This document shows, in pieces, positions 1-9,181 of a stretch of 64,000 nucleotides of DNA. Made by a program: the position numbers and the translations under genes. The notes below the pieces were generated by a model that had not been told where the DNA came from, ran no database searches, and saw only the letters and a program-made list of their open reading frames with translations. How positions within the stretch are numbered: position 1 is the first letter of the stretch; each line of letters begins with the position of its first letter. Location of the stretch: NCBI GenBank assembly GCA_963796455.1, contig CAWCLO010000001.1, forward strand, positions 512,001-576,000, written 5' to 3'. Source of the DNA: Candidatus Sulfomarinibacteraceae bacterium. Its GTDB lineage: Bacteria > Acidobacteriota > Thermoanaerobaculia > Thermoanaerobaculales > Sulfomarinibacteraceae.

Positions 1-85
1 TCGAAGGATCTATTGCCCACCCGGGGGAGACCCAAGGCCGCAGATCCTTCGACTCCGCGCTCGAAGCGCTGCGCTCAGGATGACA
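1..85. repeat. Palindromic repeat family B (GAAGGATC...GATCCTTCG...GCTCAGGATGACA), truncated by window edge
   Basis: TCGAAGGATCT (1-11) is the reverse complement of AGATCCTTCGA (42-52); ends GCTCAGGATGACA, whose reverse complement starts the copy at 10210. Confidence 0.7.
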
Positions 86-99
86 TCTTGAACGACAGT

Positions 100-267
100 G
101 CCGATCCCGATCCCGAAAGGGAGAAAGGGAGAAAGGGGGAAAGGGAGAGAAGGGAGAACCGTGCCGGAAGGATCTGCTCATGATAAGGAGCAGGGTCCTC
201 TGCTCCTCTGCTCCTCTGCTCCTCTGCTCCTCTGCTCCTCTGCTCCTCTGCTCCTCTGCTCCTCTGC
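100..267. repeat. Compound short-tandem-repeat element D: (GGGAGAAA)n run, spacer with TGATAAGG, 9x TCCTCTGC
   Basis: Read directly; 9 perfect TCCTCTGC units at 196-267; same layout at 2766-3005. Confidence 0.9.
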
Positions 268-882
268 TCACTTCTCGCCAGGATGCACCGGTAAACCGTC
301 CTCTTCCTCACCATGCTCGCCCCACTCGGCGGGTGCCGGGATTCCGAAAATCCGGTATCCGTCGGCCTCCGGTACCAGAACGACTCTCCCATGTGCGTCC
401 AGAACTTCGTCTTCCGGCCAGAGCGCGCCACTCGAGCTGTCAAAAGCCCGAAAACCGAAAGGCACTTCCGCTCCATCTGGTGCGAGCCAGTCGGGGACCA
501 CCAGATCCCAGCGCTCGTCATCCTCGGCAACCGCCCGAAATTCGATTGCTGCACCGGTCTTCGACCCGAGGTCCTGGCGCGCGGCGAGCAGTTCCTCCGC
601 CTCGCCGAGCAGATCTTCGAGCATCTGCTCGGCAAAGGCCTGGACCTTTTCACCGTCATCGGTGCCCGTCACCTCAGCAGACAGGAGCAGATGGTACTCA
701 TCACCTTCGAGCTCGTCGCCGGCTACGAAATCAAATTGAAGCTCCGAACCGTCTTCGACGGATTCGACATCGAAAGACGAGCCATGGACCAAATCTCGTA
801 CCACGATCGCGATCAGCAGCTCTTCGGTCGAGGACGCCGGAAAGCCGATTTCCCACCCTGTTTCCCACGATGCCATCGTCAT
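268..882 (-). CDS. Hypothetical, very acidic protein; last gene of tat-ttcA operon
   Basis: 204-aa D/E-rich ORF; start overlaps ttcA stop by 4 bp. Confidence 0.7.
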   Translation of the reverse strand: MTMASWETGWEIGFPASSTEELLIAIVVRDLVHGSSFDVESVEDGSELQFDFVAGDELEGDEYHLLLSAEVTGTDDGEKVQAFAEQMLEDLLGEAEELLAARQDLGSKTGAAIEFRAVAEDDERWDLVVPDWLAPDGAEVPFGFRAFDSSSGALWPEDEVLDAHGRVVLVPEADGYRIFGIPAPAEWGEHGEEEDGLPVHPGEK

Positions 883-1637
883 GCCTCCACTTTTCCTTCG
901 TTTTCATTTCTATATTGCCGGACCGCGGCCCAATACAGTTGGCGCCGCACCAGTCTTTGATCGCGCCCGAGGCCCGCCAACACCTCACGAATTTTGCCAC
1001 GTTTTGACCGTCGATCGCGATCGCACCCTGCGTAGGGCTCCGGCAAGCGAGCCAGGCGGGCCATACGAAGCAGCTCACGATGCTGCAGTTCATACATCGG
1101 ACGCACCACAGTCACCGCGCCGTCAAAATATGAACGGAGCGGGGGCAGCGCCTCCGCCGTGCCTGTGAACATCACGCTCATCAACCAGGTCTCGACCACG
1201 TCATCAGCGTGGTGCCCCAGGGCGACATGGCGGGCCTGGTGTCGCTCGGCCGCCTCGATCAGCGTGCGGCGGCGGATCCTGGCGCAGGAGTAACAGTCGA
1301 GCTCATCATGATCTTTCGCCTCGATCCGAGGTTCGCACTCCGCCAACTCGATCCCCGACTCCTCGAACCACGCCGTGAACCTCGGCGGCAGCCCCTCGCA
1401 GCGTCCAACAGAATTGAGACGCACATGGAGAGCTATTAGCCGCAGCGGGTCCTCGAGCCGCCGGTTGTACTCCATCAAGAGATGGGCCATCGCGAGGCTG
1501 TCGACCCCGCCGGAAATCGCCATCGCGATACGGGAACCCTGCGGTAGCAGCGGCCACCGTCTCGCCGTCCGTCGCATCTTTCCGAGCAGCCGGCCGGCAC
1601 ATCGCCCGGCCCTGGATTCATCGTCAGTCCTGGTCAT
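879..1637 (-). CDS. ttcA: TtcA-family tRNA 2-thiocytidine biosynthesis protein (PP-loop ATPase)
   Basis: SGGVDS PP-loop, CYSCARIRR, LGHHADDVVET, VVRPM motifs. Confidence 0.8.
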   Translation of the reverse strand: MTRTDDESRAGRCAGRLLGKMRRTARRWPLLPQGSRIAMAISGGVDSLAMAHLLMEYNRRLEDPLRLIALHVRLNSVGRCEGLPPRFTAWFEESGIELAECEPRIEAKDHDELDCYSCARIRRRTLIEAAERHQARHVALGHHADDVVETWLMSVMFTGTAEALPPLRSYFDGAVTVVRPMYELQHRELLRMARLARLPEPYAGCDRDRRSKRGKIREVLAGLGRDQRLVRRQLYWAAVRQYRNENEGKVEA

Positions 1638-2406
1638 CCCTCTTCTTACCGAAGAGCGCGGCGACGCCGATGCCGAGCAGGTAAAGGAGAATCATCGGGA
1701 CAGCAAAGACGGTTTGGGTGGCCACATCGGGGGTCGGCGTAATGACTGCGGCGGTAACAAAGATCAAAAGCACCGCCCACCGGAACCACCGCAAAAGCTG
1801 GCCCGCGCTGACGATGCCCATTCGGGCCAGGAAGAAGATCAACATCGGCATCTCGAAGACAAGACCCATTCCGAGCAGGATCTTGGACATCATCGAGAAG
1901 TAGGCGCCGATGGTCACCACCTGTTTGAATCCCTCACCGACCCCGAGCAGGAACTTGACCACCATCGGAAAGGCCACTCGATAACCAAAGTAGCCGCCGG
2001 CGATGAAAAAGAGGGACGTGAAAAAAATAAAGGGCAGAAACAAATTCTGTTCTTTCCGATAGAGACCCGGTTTGAGAAAGAACCAGAGTTGCGTCAAGAG
2101 CACCGGGGCGGCCGCGAAGATCGCGGTCAAGAGTGCCACCTTGATATACAGCATGAACGGCCCTGGGAGATCCGTGAACGCCAGTTTCTCACCCTCGGGA
2201 ACCGCTGCGAGGAAAGGCCGTTCCAGCCAATGAAAAATCGCCGGCGCAAAATACCAACTCGCGAGAAAGGCGACAAAAATCGCGATCACGGAGTAGAGAA
2301 TTCGCCGCCGTAATTCGTCAAGATGATCGAGCAGAGTCATCCGAGGCAGTTCGTCATCGAACTCCTCGCCAACCTCGTCGATCAGTTCCCGATCGTCCGC
2401 GGTCAC
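1624..2406 (-). CDS. tatC: Twin-arginine translocase subunit TatC
   Basis: MTLLDHLDELRRR, FLKPGLY, FEMP, AAVITPTPD motifs; multiple TM segments. Confidence 0.95.
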   Translation of the reverse strand: MTADDRELIDEVGEEFDDELPRMTLLDHLDELRRRILYSVIAIFVAFLASWYFAPAIFHWLERPFLAAVPEGEKLAFTDLPGPFMLYIKVALLTAIFAAAPVLLTQLWFFLKPGLYRKEQNLFLPFIFFTSLFFIAGGYFGYRVAFPMVVKFLLGVGEGFKQVVTIGAYFSMMSKILLGMGLVFEMPMLIFFLARMGIVSAGQLLRWFRWAVLLIFVTAAVITPTPDVATQTVFAVPMILLYLLGIGVAALFGKKRDDQD

Positions 2407-2729
2407 GATGGACCACTCTCCTCAGTGGATTTTTCTGCCGGTTGTTCGGTGGGGTCGACCGACTGCTTGATCGACTCTTTCAGATCCGAAATCCCGATCG
2501 GGTCGGTCACTGTCTTTTTGATGTCCTTGATGTCTTTTCCGACATCCCGGATTTCGTCCGCAGCCACCTCGTCTTCGATGGTCCGTTTGAACTCGTTGGA
2601 CGCACGACGGAACTCACCCATCGCACGACCGATGGATCGACCGATCTGGGGCATCTTGCGCGGACCGAAAAGCAACAGGGCCACCACGAAGATGAGAATC
2701 AACTCGGGCATTCCGAGGGTACCGAACAT
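2403..2729 (-). CDS. Twin-arginine translocase TatA/TatB family subunit
   Basis: GMPELILIFVVALLLFGPRKMP...GRAMGEFRRA; GGAGG SD; overlaps tatC start. Confidence 0.9.
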   Translation of the reverse strand: MFGTLGMPELILIFVVALLLFGPRKMPQIGRSIGRAMGEFRRASNEFKRTIEDEVAADEIRDVGKDIKDIKKTVTDPIGISDLKESIKQSVDPTEQPAEKSTEESGPS

Positions 2730-2765
2730 AGGCCTCCCGGTGGGTAGTATACCGGTGTTCCTTTC

Positions 2766-3005
2766 GATCCCGTTTCCGAAAAGGAGAAAGGGAGAAAGGG
2801 AGAAAGGGAGAAAGGGAGAACCCTACCGGATGCACCGTTCGTGATAAGGGCCGTGTCTCCCCTGCTCCCCTTCCCTGCTCCCCTGCTCCCCTGCTCCCCT
2901 GCTCCCCTGCTCCCCTGCTCCCCTGCTCCCCTGCTCCCCTGCTCCCCTGCTCCCCTGCTCCCCTGCTCCCCTGCTCCCCTGCTCCCCTGCTCCCCTGCTC
3001 CCCTG
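2766..3005. repeat. Compound STR element D copy 2: (GGGAGAAA)n ... TGATAAGG ... 16x CTCCCCTG
   Basis: 16 perfect CTCCCCTG units at 2878-3005; same order of parts as 100-267. Confidence 0.9.
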
Positions 3006-3100
3006 TCCAAACATCCTCCCGGACTATTCGTAAGACGAAAAGGGTTACACTTGTTCAACGGGGCCGAAAGCGGTCACAAGCAGAAAACTCCGGGAGCCAA

Positions 3101-4681
3101 ATGACTGACAGCAAAAGCCGTTTCAATCCGATCGTCATCGCCCTTGTCGTCCTGATCACCGGCGCGACTGCCGGTGCGATCTTTGGCGAGCGAACGGTGC
3201 CCGACGAAGAAACCGAATTGATGCTGAGAGCGTCGCGAGTCGTCAACCTCCTGCTCGAGTGGTTACCGGCCGATCACGACCCGGCCGACATCGTCTATGA
3301 CGGCATCGGCGGCATGCTCGAGGTACTCGATCCCCACTCCAACTACCTGGATCCGAGGACGTTTCACAAGATGCGCTCTCGCCAGGAGGGCTCGTTCTAC
3401 GGGGTCGGTATCATCATTTCCCGGCGCAACGCAAAGATCACCGTCATCACACCGATGGCAGGCACTCCGGCAGCTTCCAAAGGTCTGCGGACAGGTGACG
3501 TGATCTCGGCAGTCGAAGATCAACCTACCGAAGGCCTCAGCCTTGACGACGTGGTCGATCTTGTCCGGGGCCCCGAGGGCACCACCGTCAAATTGACCAT
3601 CGATCGTCCGGGCCTCAAGGACAGTTTCGACGTCGAGATCGAACGGACCCGAATCCCCCAGACAACCGTGCGCTACGCCTTTATGGCGCGACCGGAGATC
3701 GGCTACATCAGACTCTCGGAATTCACTTCATCGAGCACCCGCGAGGTCCGTGAAGCCATCGATCGCCTCGAAGAACAGGGCATGAAATCGTTGATATTTG
3801 ATCTTCGGAACAACCCCGGCGGGTCCCTCGACGCCGCGATCGGGGTCGCAGACGCTTTTCTCCAGGAGGGTGATCTCATCGTCACCACCCGCGGCCGCAC
3901 CCCCTCGAGCCATTCGACGCTCAACGCGCCCGGGAACGGAGAGCCCTTTGCCGGCCCGGTCGTGATTCTGGTCAACGAGGGATCGGCATCCGCTTCGGAA
4001 ATCGTCGCCGGCGCCGTGCAAGATCATGATCGGGGCGTGGTCCTCGGTGAGATCACCTGGGGCAAGGGTCTGGTGCAGACTGTATTCACCGTGCGCGACA
4101 CCGGTTTGGCCTTGACGACGGCGAGGTACTACACCCCCTCCGGCAGATCGATCCAGAGGGACTACGATTCGTACATCGACTACATCACCCATCGCAACGG
4201 CGACAACGGTGACGCGGAGATCTATTCGACGGATGCAGGTCGAACCGTGCTCGGCGGCGGCGGCATCACTCCCGATGTCACTCTCGAGAGCAGGCGCCTG
4301 TCCGAGAATCTGGGGCGTTTTTACGGCAACTCGGCTTTCTTCCGGTTTGGAATCGAGTTTCTCCAGGATATCGCCGAGGAAGAACAGCCTGCGATGGCAG
4401 AAAACCTCGTCGTCGACGACGAGCTGTTGGATCGCTTCTGGGCGTGGGTCATCAGTGAGGAGATCGCCACCAAGGATGCCATCGAGGAACTCAAAACGAA
4501 TCCCCAGGATGTGGCCGATGTCGGCCTCGGGATCCGGGTCGAAGTCATGAACGCAGTGCTCGGTCTGGAAGAGGGCTATCGGGCTGCCATGGAGGCGGAC
4601 AACCAGTTTGCCGCCGCGATCGAGCATCTCGAGGAAGCCGAAGACTTCTGGATCGCCTGGCAGACCGCCAATCTCGAATAG
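3101..4681 (+). CDS. S41 family carboxyl-terminal processing protease (PDZ + peptidase)
   Basis: LDPHSNY, GVGI PDZ loop, DLRNNPGG, SASASEI, TWGKGLVQ motifs; N-terminal hydrophobic segment. Confidence 0.92.
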   Translation: MTDSKSRFNPIVIALVVLITGATAGAIFGERTVPDEETELMLRASRVVNLLLEWLPADHDPADIVYDGIGGMLEVLDPHSNYLDPRTFHKMRSRQEGSFYGVGIIISRRNAKITVITPMAGTPAASKGLRTGDVISAVEDQPTEGLSLDDVVDLVRGPEGTTVKLTIDRPGLKDSFDVEIERTRIPQTTVRYAFMARPEIGYIRLSEFTSSSTREVREAIDRLEEQGMKSLIFDLRNNPGGSLDAAIGVADAFLQEGDLIVTTRGRTPSSHSTLNAPGNGEPFAGPVVILVNEGSASASEIVAGAVQDHDRGVVLGEITWGKGLVQTVFTVRDTGLALTTARYYTPSGRSIQRDYDSYIDYITHRNGDNGDAEIYSTDAGRTVLGGGGITPDVTLESRRLSENLGRFYGNSAFFRFGIEFLQDIAEEEQPAMAENLVVDDELLDRFWAWVISEEIATKDAIEELKTNPQDVADVGLGIRVEVMNAVLGLEEGYRAAMEADNQFAAAIEHLEEAEDFWIAWQTANLE

Positions 4682-4731
4682 GAATTTCGGGTCTGGAAAC
4701 TGGGAACTCAAGCGAGTGAAGGTGGGCGATC

Positions 4732-4770
4732 GGAAATTTCGAAATCCGAAATTCGAAATTCGAATCTGAA
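4732..4770. repeat. Degenerate (TTCGAAA)n heptamer run between convergent genes
   Basis: CGGAAATTTCGAAATCCGAAATTCGAAATTCGAATC. Confidence 0.65.
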
Positions 4771-4772
4771 AA

Positions 4773-5219
4773 TCAATTGGCGGCGTCTTCCCAGATCAGC
4801 GTGACGGGTCCGTCATTGACGAGATCGACCTCCATCATGGCGCCGAAGACACCCGTTTCGACATTGATATCGAGATCTCTCAGGAGGCTCACGAAGTCCT
4901 CGAAGAGCGGTGCCGCCTGATCGCCGGGCATGGCGTGGTCAAAACTCGGGCGACGGCCCTTACGAATCGATCCCGCAAGGGTGAACTGGGACACCGCCAG
5001 AACCGAACCTCCAACTTCGTCGAGGCCCAAATTCATGCGATCCTCAGCGTCCGAGAATACGCGCAGGGTCGCGAGACGGCGGGCGGCGCGCTCGATCACG
5101 TCGCGACCATCACCCTTCTCGAGACCGACGAGAACGACCAGCCCCGTTTTGATGCCGCCAACCATCTTGTCCGCGACCCGGACCTCGGCTCGCGACACCC
5201 TTTGAATCACCATCTTCAT
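4773..5219 (-). CDS. dtd: D-aminoacyl-tRNA deacylase
   Basis: VIQRV, SQFTL, GRRPSF, NDGPVT motifs. Confidence 0.95.
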   Translation of the reverse strand: MKMVIQRVSRAEVRVADKMVGGIKTGLVVLVGLEKGDGRDVIERAARRLATLRVFSDAEDRMNLGLDEVGGSVLAVSQFTLAGSIRKGRRPSFDHAMPGDQAAPLFEDFVSLLRDLDINVETGVFGAMMEVDLVNDGPVTLIWEDAAN

Positions 5220-6784
5220 TCCGCTTCTCCACGTTGGAAGGTCGTCATCAGGAGGCGCAGTTCACGCCCCCCCAACACCGTCACCAATCCGACATAGACC
5301 ACGGCCGCCGGCAGCAACACGGTGGTGATACGAAGCGCCGCGGCCAACGAGGTGTGGTCGATGTCGGCAAGCCACGGCCGAACCATCATCAACCCGCCAG
5401 CAAGGGCCGCCGCGGCGACGATCTGGCGAAGGACCGCAACAAAGGCGGCCGCGTGCGGCCCGCTGCCGAAACCATGCCGGAGCGCGTAGAGCGCGGTCAG
5501 AAAAAGGGCGAAACACGCCATGGCGATCGTGTTGGCCCACCCCAGCCCGGCAGTCCCGTAGGGGCCCACCATGAGCGCGCACATCGCGGTGAAGATGATC
5601 AGGGCCATCAAGCTCCCCCACATCGGGGTGCGGGTGTCTTTCTGGGCAAAAAACGCGCTCGCCATCACCTTGACGTGGCCCGTTCCGACAAGCGAAAAAG
5701 CGTAGGCTCCCAGGGTGAGGCCGGTGACCGCGACATCGTTTGCATCGAATCGGCCTCCGCCAAAGAGCAGACCGATGATTGGTTGCGCCAGGACAGTCAT
5801 CACAACCGCCGATGGCAGGGTCACGAAACTAACAAGAGTGGCCGTCCTGACCAGTGTCTGCGAGGCCTGCTCCGGGGCCTCCTTGAGTTCCCGCGACAAC
5901 AAGGGAAGGAGGACTGTCGTCAGCTGAACCACCACCAAACCAAAGACGAGTTCGGTGACCCGGTAGGCCCCATATGTGTGGCTCACACCGGAATCGATAA
6001 AGGACGCAAAACGATTCGAAATCAATTGATTGAGTTGGTTGATACCGAGAACCGGAATTCCCGGCAGCATCAAAAACAGCACTCCACGAACCTTTGGATC
6101 GCGAAAGCCCGACCAGAGGGGTTTGAGAGAAAAACCCAGCCGACGGACGGCCGGTGCCTGGACGGCGAACTGCAGCAAGCCACCAATCAACACCGCGACG
6201 GAAAGGATCGGAGCCGGGTTGTCGACCTTCGGCAGCACCCCCCACGCAACGATGGCGATGGTGCAGTTGTAGAACATCGGAGTCGCTGCCGAGAGCAGGA
6301 ACTTCTCGTGGCTGTTGAGGACCGCCTGCAGTATGGCCGCCAGTGAAATGAAGAGGAGATACGGAAACATGATCCTGTTCATCAGGACCGTCGTTTCGAG
6401 TTTTCCCGGTGTCGCGGCAAAACCCTCGGCATACAGGCGGACCAGCCATGGGGCGACCAGGATCCCGAGCGCCACAACGGCACCGACCACCAAAATAAGG
6501 ACAGCGAGCATGCCCCGGAACAGTTCGACCGCCTCCTTGCGGTCGCCGTTTTTTCCAGTCAGTTGGGCCAACGTCGGTACAAACGCTGCGTGCAGGGTGC
6601 CCTCGGCGAAGAGTCCCCGAAAAGCATTCGGAATCCGGTTTGCCGTACGATACATGTCGTAGAGATGGCCGGCGCCAACCACCGAAAACAAAGCCTTGTC
6701 TCGGAGGTAGCCCGTGATTCTGCAAAACAGAGTCACCACCGCCATCCGGGATGCGTGGCGAACGACGCGTTGTTCCTGACCCAT
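5216..6784 (-). CDS. murJ: Lipid II flippase MurJ (MviN)
   Basis: RITGYLRD, RIPNAFRGLFAEG, FFAQKDTRTP; start set at MGQEQ (6784). Confidence 0.92.
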   Translation of the reverse strand: MGQEQRVVRHASRMAVVTLFCRITGYLRDKALFSVVGAGHLYDMYRTANRIPNAFRGLFAEGTLHAAFVPTLAQLTGKNGDRKEAVELFRGMLAVLILVVGAVVALGILVAPWLVRLYAEGFAATPGKLETTVLMNRIMFPYLLFISLAAILQAVLNSHEKFLLSAATPMFYNCTIAIVAWGVLPKVDNPAPILSVAVLIGGLLQFAVQAPAVRRLGFSLKPLWSGFRDPKVRGVLFLMLPGIPVLGINQLNQLISNRFASFIDSGVSHTYGAYRVTELVFGLVVVQLTTVLLPLLSRELKEAPEQASQTLVRTATLVSFVTLPSAVVMTVLAQPIIGLLFGGGRFDANDVAVTGLTLGAYAFSLVGTGHVKVMASAFFAQKDTRTPMWGSLMALIIFTAMCALMVGPYGTAGLGWANTIAMACFALFLTALYALRHGFGSGPHAAAFVAVLRQIVAAAALAGGLMMVRPWLADIDHTSLAAALRITTVLLPAAVVYVGLVTVLGGRELRLLMTTFQRGEAE

Positions 6785-6854
6785 CGCGTTTAAGGTATCA
6801 CCGCTGCCGGCGCGACGGCATGTCCATGATGCGGCAGGATCATGGCAAAACTCG

Positions 6855-6942
6855 GCTTGGGGCCTGGGGCCTGGGGCTCGCATCTCCAGACGATCGATCT
6901 CGCGTCAGAGTGCCTCAAGCCCCAGGTCTCAAGCCTCAGGCC
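6855..6942. repeat. Paired inverted heptamer repeats (CTGGGGC)n / (GCCCCAG-like)n
   Basis: GCTTGGGGCCTGGGGCCTGGGGC then CCTCAAGCCCCAGGTCTCAAGCCTCAGG. Confidence 0.7.
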
Positions 6943-7045
6943 ACTTTGACGAACCGAGGCGTGAGAATTGAATCGCGCACCCACGAAGGGCGGTCGCCAT
7001 TGTGTTAATATTCACCCGTCCCTGCCACGCAAAGAGGAGATAATC

Positions 7046-7453
7046 ATGGGTATCAACAAAGCCACGCTCCTGGGTAATGTCGGCCAGGATCCGGAAATCA
7101 AAACCCTTCCCAGCGGAACCCGCCTTGCCACCTTTTCACTGGCCACATCCGACCGCAGATCAAAGGACGAAAACGGAAACCCGCGCACTGAATGGCACAA
7201 TCTGGTGGTGTGGGACCGCTTGGTCGATGTCGTCGAACGATATGTGACCAAGGGCAAACAACTCTATATCGAGGGCCAGATTCGGACTCGCAAGTACGAG
7301 GTCGAAGGGGTGACCAAGTATCGGACCGAAATTCATGTCCGGGAGATGGAGATGCTCGGCGGCCGTGGAAGCGGCGGCGATACGGGCCCCCGCGAAGACT
7401 ACGGCGCGGTGGCGCAGGGCTTTCCAGACGATGCGGACGACGTGCCTTTCTGA
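7046..7453 (+). CDS. ssb: Single-stranded DNA-binding protein
   Basis: NKATLLGNVGQDPE, TEWH, KGKQLYIEG, C-terminal DDVPF; GAGGAG SD. Confidence 0.96.
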   Translation: MGINKATLLGNVGQDPEIKTLPSGTRLATFSLATSDRRSKDENGNPRTEWHNLVVWDRLVDVVERYVTKGKQLYIEGQIRTRKYEVEGVTKYRTEIHVREMEMLGGRGSGGDTGPREDYGAVAQGFPDDADDVPF

Positions 7454-7477
7454 TCAACGAACGAACACTTTCGATTT

Positions 7478-7517
7478 CGACGCCTCCCGCACCCTGTGCA
7501 GGAGGCGTTGTTATTTT
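7478..7517 (+). terminator. Probable intrinsic terminator after ssb
   Basis: CGACGCCTCC...GGAGGCGTTG stem followed by TTATTTT. Confidence 0.55.
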
Positions 7518-7553
7518 GTGCCAATCATTCACCAGGAATCGCCGTGCTAACCC

Positions 7554-7582
7554 TTGACAATGATTGAGGTTCTGTATAACGT
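7554..7582 (+). promoter_or_regulatory. Possible sigma70 promoter for HU gene
   Basis: TTGACA at 7554 and TATAAC/TAACGT 15-17 bp downstream. Confidence 0.45.
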
Positions 7583-7615
7583 CTCAATTCCCCGCGTCCG
7601 GGGAAGGAGGAGTGG

Positions 7616-7885
7616 ATGATCAAGTCGGATCTGGTCGAGAGGGTCATGCAGGCCACCGATCTCCCGAAACCGAAAGCCAGCGAAGCAGTCAATGCCCTCT
7701 TCGAGGGAATGAAGACTGCCCTGCTGCGAGGCGACCGCATCGAGTTGCGCGGTTTTGGGGTGTTTCAGGTCAAAGACCGAAAACGTGGAATCGGCAGAAA
7801 CCCGAAGACCGGCCGTGAAGTCGAGATTCCACCCGGCAAGACCATCCGCTTCAAACCTGGAAAAGCACTACGTGACATGAGCTGA
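7616..7885 (+). CDS. HU/IHF family DNA-binding protein
   Basis: IELRGFGVF, GRNPKTG, FKPGKAL. Confidence 0.93.
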   Translation: MIKSDLVERVMQATDLPKPKASEAVNALFEGMKTALLRGDRIELRGFGVFQVKDRKRGIGRNPKTGREVEIPPGKTIRFKPGKALRDMS

Positions 7886-7887
7886 CA

Positions 7888-8844
7888 GTGGTCTCTCCCG
7901 AGGCCATGAGACCAATCGGCCCCGACGGACCGCCCGCCGGGGCCTTCTCTTTTTCAAGGCCTGAATACCAGCCCAGGTGGTGGCTGCATCTTCTCCTTTT
8001 CGTGCTCACTTTCGCCAGCACCACCGTCATCGGTGGGTTGGTGTGGGCCGGACTGCCACCCGAAATGGCGCGGCTCGGGCTGATCGGCATCCTTTTCGAC
8101 CCGAGGCTCTACGTCGCCGGACTCAAGTTTTCCGTCCCCCTGATGACGATTCTCTCCTGCCACGAACTCGGCCACTACCTCGCGGCCCGCCACTACGGCT
8201 TGAGGGTCACCCCCCCGTTCTTTCTCCCGTTTCCGGTGCCCCTCCTCGGCATCGGCACCCTGGGTGCCGTCATCCGGATCAAGGACCCGATCGCCAACAA
8301 AAGACAGCTGCTCGATGTCGGCGCGGCCGGACCGATCGCCGGTTTTGTTGCGTTGCTTCCCTTTCTTGCCTACGGCATCGCCGCCTCCGAGGTCGGGGTG
8401 GCACCGACAGATGGTGCCGGCTACCTCGAATTCAGTGAACCGCTCGTCTATCAGCTGTTGGAAATGCTGATCCGACCCGGTCTGGGGGATGATCTCACCC
8501 TGTGGCTGCACCCGACGGGTGTGGCGGCATGGTTCGGAGTCTTCATCACCCTGCTCAACATGCTGCCCTTTGCGCAGCTTGACGGCGGTCATGTGACCTA
8601 TGCTCTGCTGGGAAAGTGGCACCGGAGGCTCGCCTGGCCGCTGCTGGGCGGTCTGGCGGGTCTCGGATTTGTCTGGCCGGGGTGGTGGTTGTGGGTCGTC
8701 ATCGCGATCATCATGAGACCGCAACACCCGAGATTGTGGGACGAAGACGTGCCCCTCGATCCCTGGAGAAAGCTCGCAGGGTGGACGGCGATCGTGATCT
8801 TCATCCTCTGCTTTATGGCCGAGCCGATCAAGATCGTGCTCTGA
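7888..8844 (+). CDS. Site-2 protease (M50 family)
   Basis: HELGH zinc motif, NMLPFAQLDGGH; multiple TM. Confidence 0.9.
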   Translation: MVSPEAMRPIGPDGPPAGAFSFSRPEYQPRWWLHLLLFVLTFASTTVIGGLVWAGLPPEMARLGLIGILFDPRLYVAGLKFSVPLMTILSCHELGHYLAARHYGLRVTPPFFLPFPVPLLGIGTLGAVIRIKDPIANKRQLLDVGAAGPIAGFVALLPFLAYGIAASEVGVAPTDGAGYLEFSEPLVYQLLEMLIRPGLGDDLTLWLHPTGVAAWFGVFITLLNMLPFAQLDGGHVTYALLGKWHRRLAWPLLGGLAGLGFVWPGWWLWVVIAIIMRPQHPRLWDEDVPLDPWRKLAGWTAIVIFILCFMAEPIKIVL

Positions 8845-8864
8845 CGGGCACGATCTTGAATTTG

Positions 8865-9140
8865 GAATCATTGCTGTCCAAAACAGATCGTCCTTTGAAT
8901 GCACCCACCTGACAACTCGAGACCTACGGATTGGCTTTTGGCCATATCCGGTTCCCGGTTCTCCCGTGTCCGCGTCCCCGTCCGAATCAAGCGGCAGCGA
9001 CAGCGTTCAGTGTTCAGCGGCAGTGAGCAGCGACAGGGAACAGCGGTCAGCGATCAGTACTCAGCGATCCGCGGTAACGGTCAGGAGTCCAGGCGGCGAA
9101 GCTACCACCTCCGGGTCGTTCAAAGGAACGGGTAGCCGCG
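8865..9140 (+). mobile_element. Element A copy 1 (left half only)
   Basis: GAATCATTGCTGTCCAAAAC terminus, CCCACCTGACA, CAGCG arm, CCACCTCCGGGTCGTTCA; homologous to the copies at 10296, 20020 and 49344. Confidence 0.75.
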
Positions 9141-9181
9141 GGAATCGCGATCCGGAACACCCAGAAACCAACTCGCAGGTC

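Noticed and set aside
196..3005. Tandem arrays as CRISPR
   Set aside because: Units are 8 nt, contiguous and spacer-less; no cas genes
2699..3104. ORFs with GAGEQGSR / PAPLLPCS repeats (similar ones at 75-1007)
   Set aside because: Translations of octamer DNA repeats; no SD or protein-like composition
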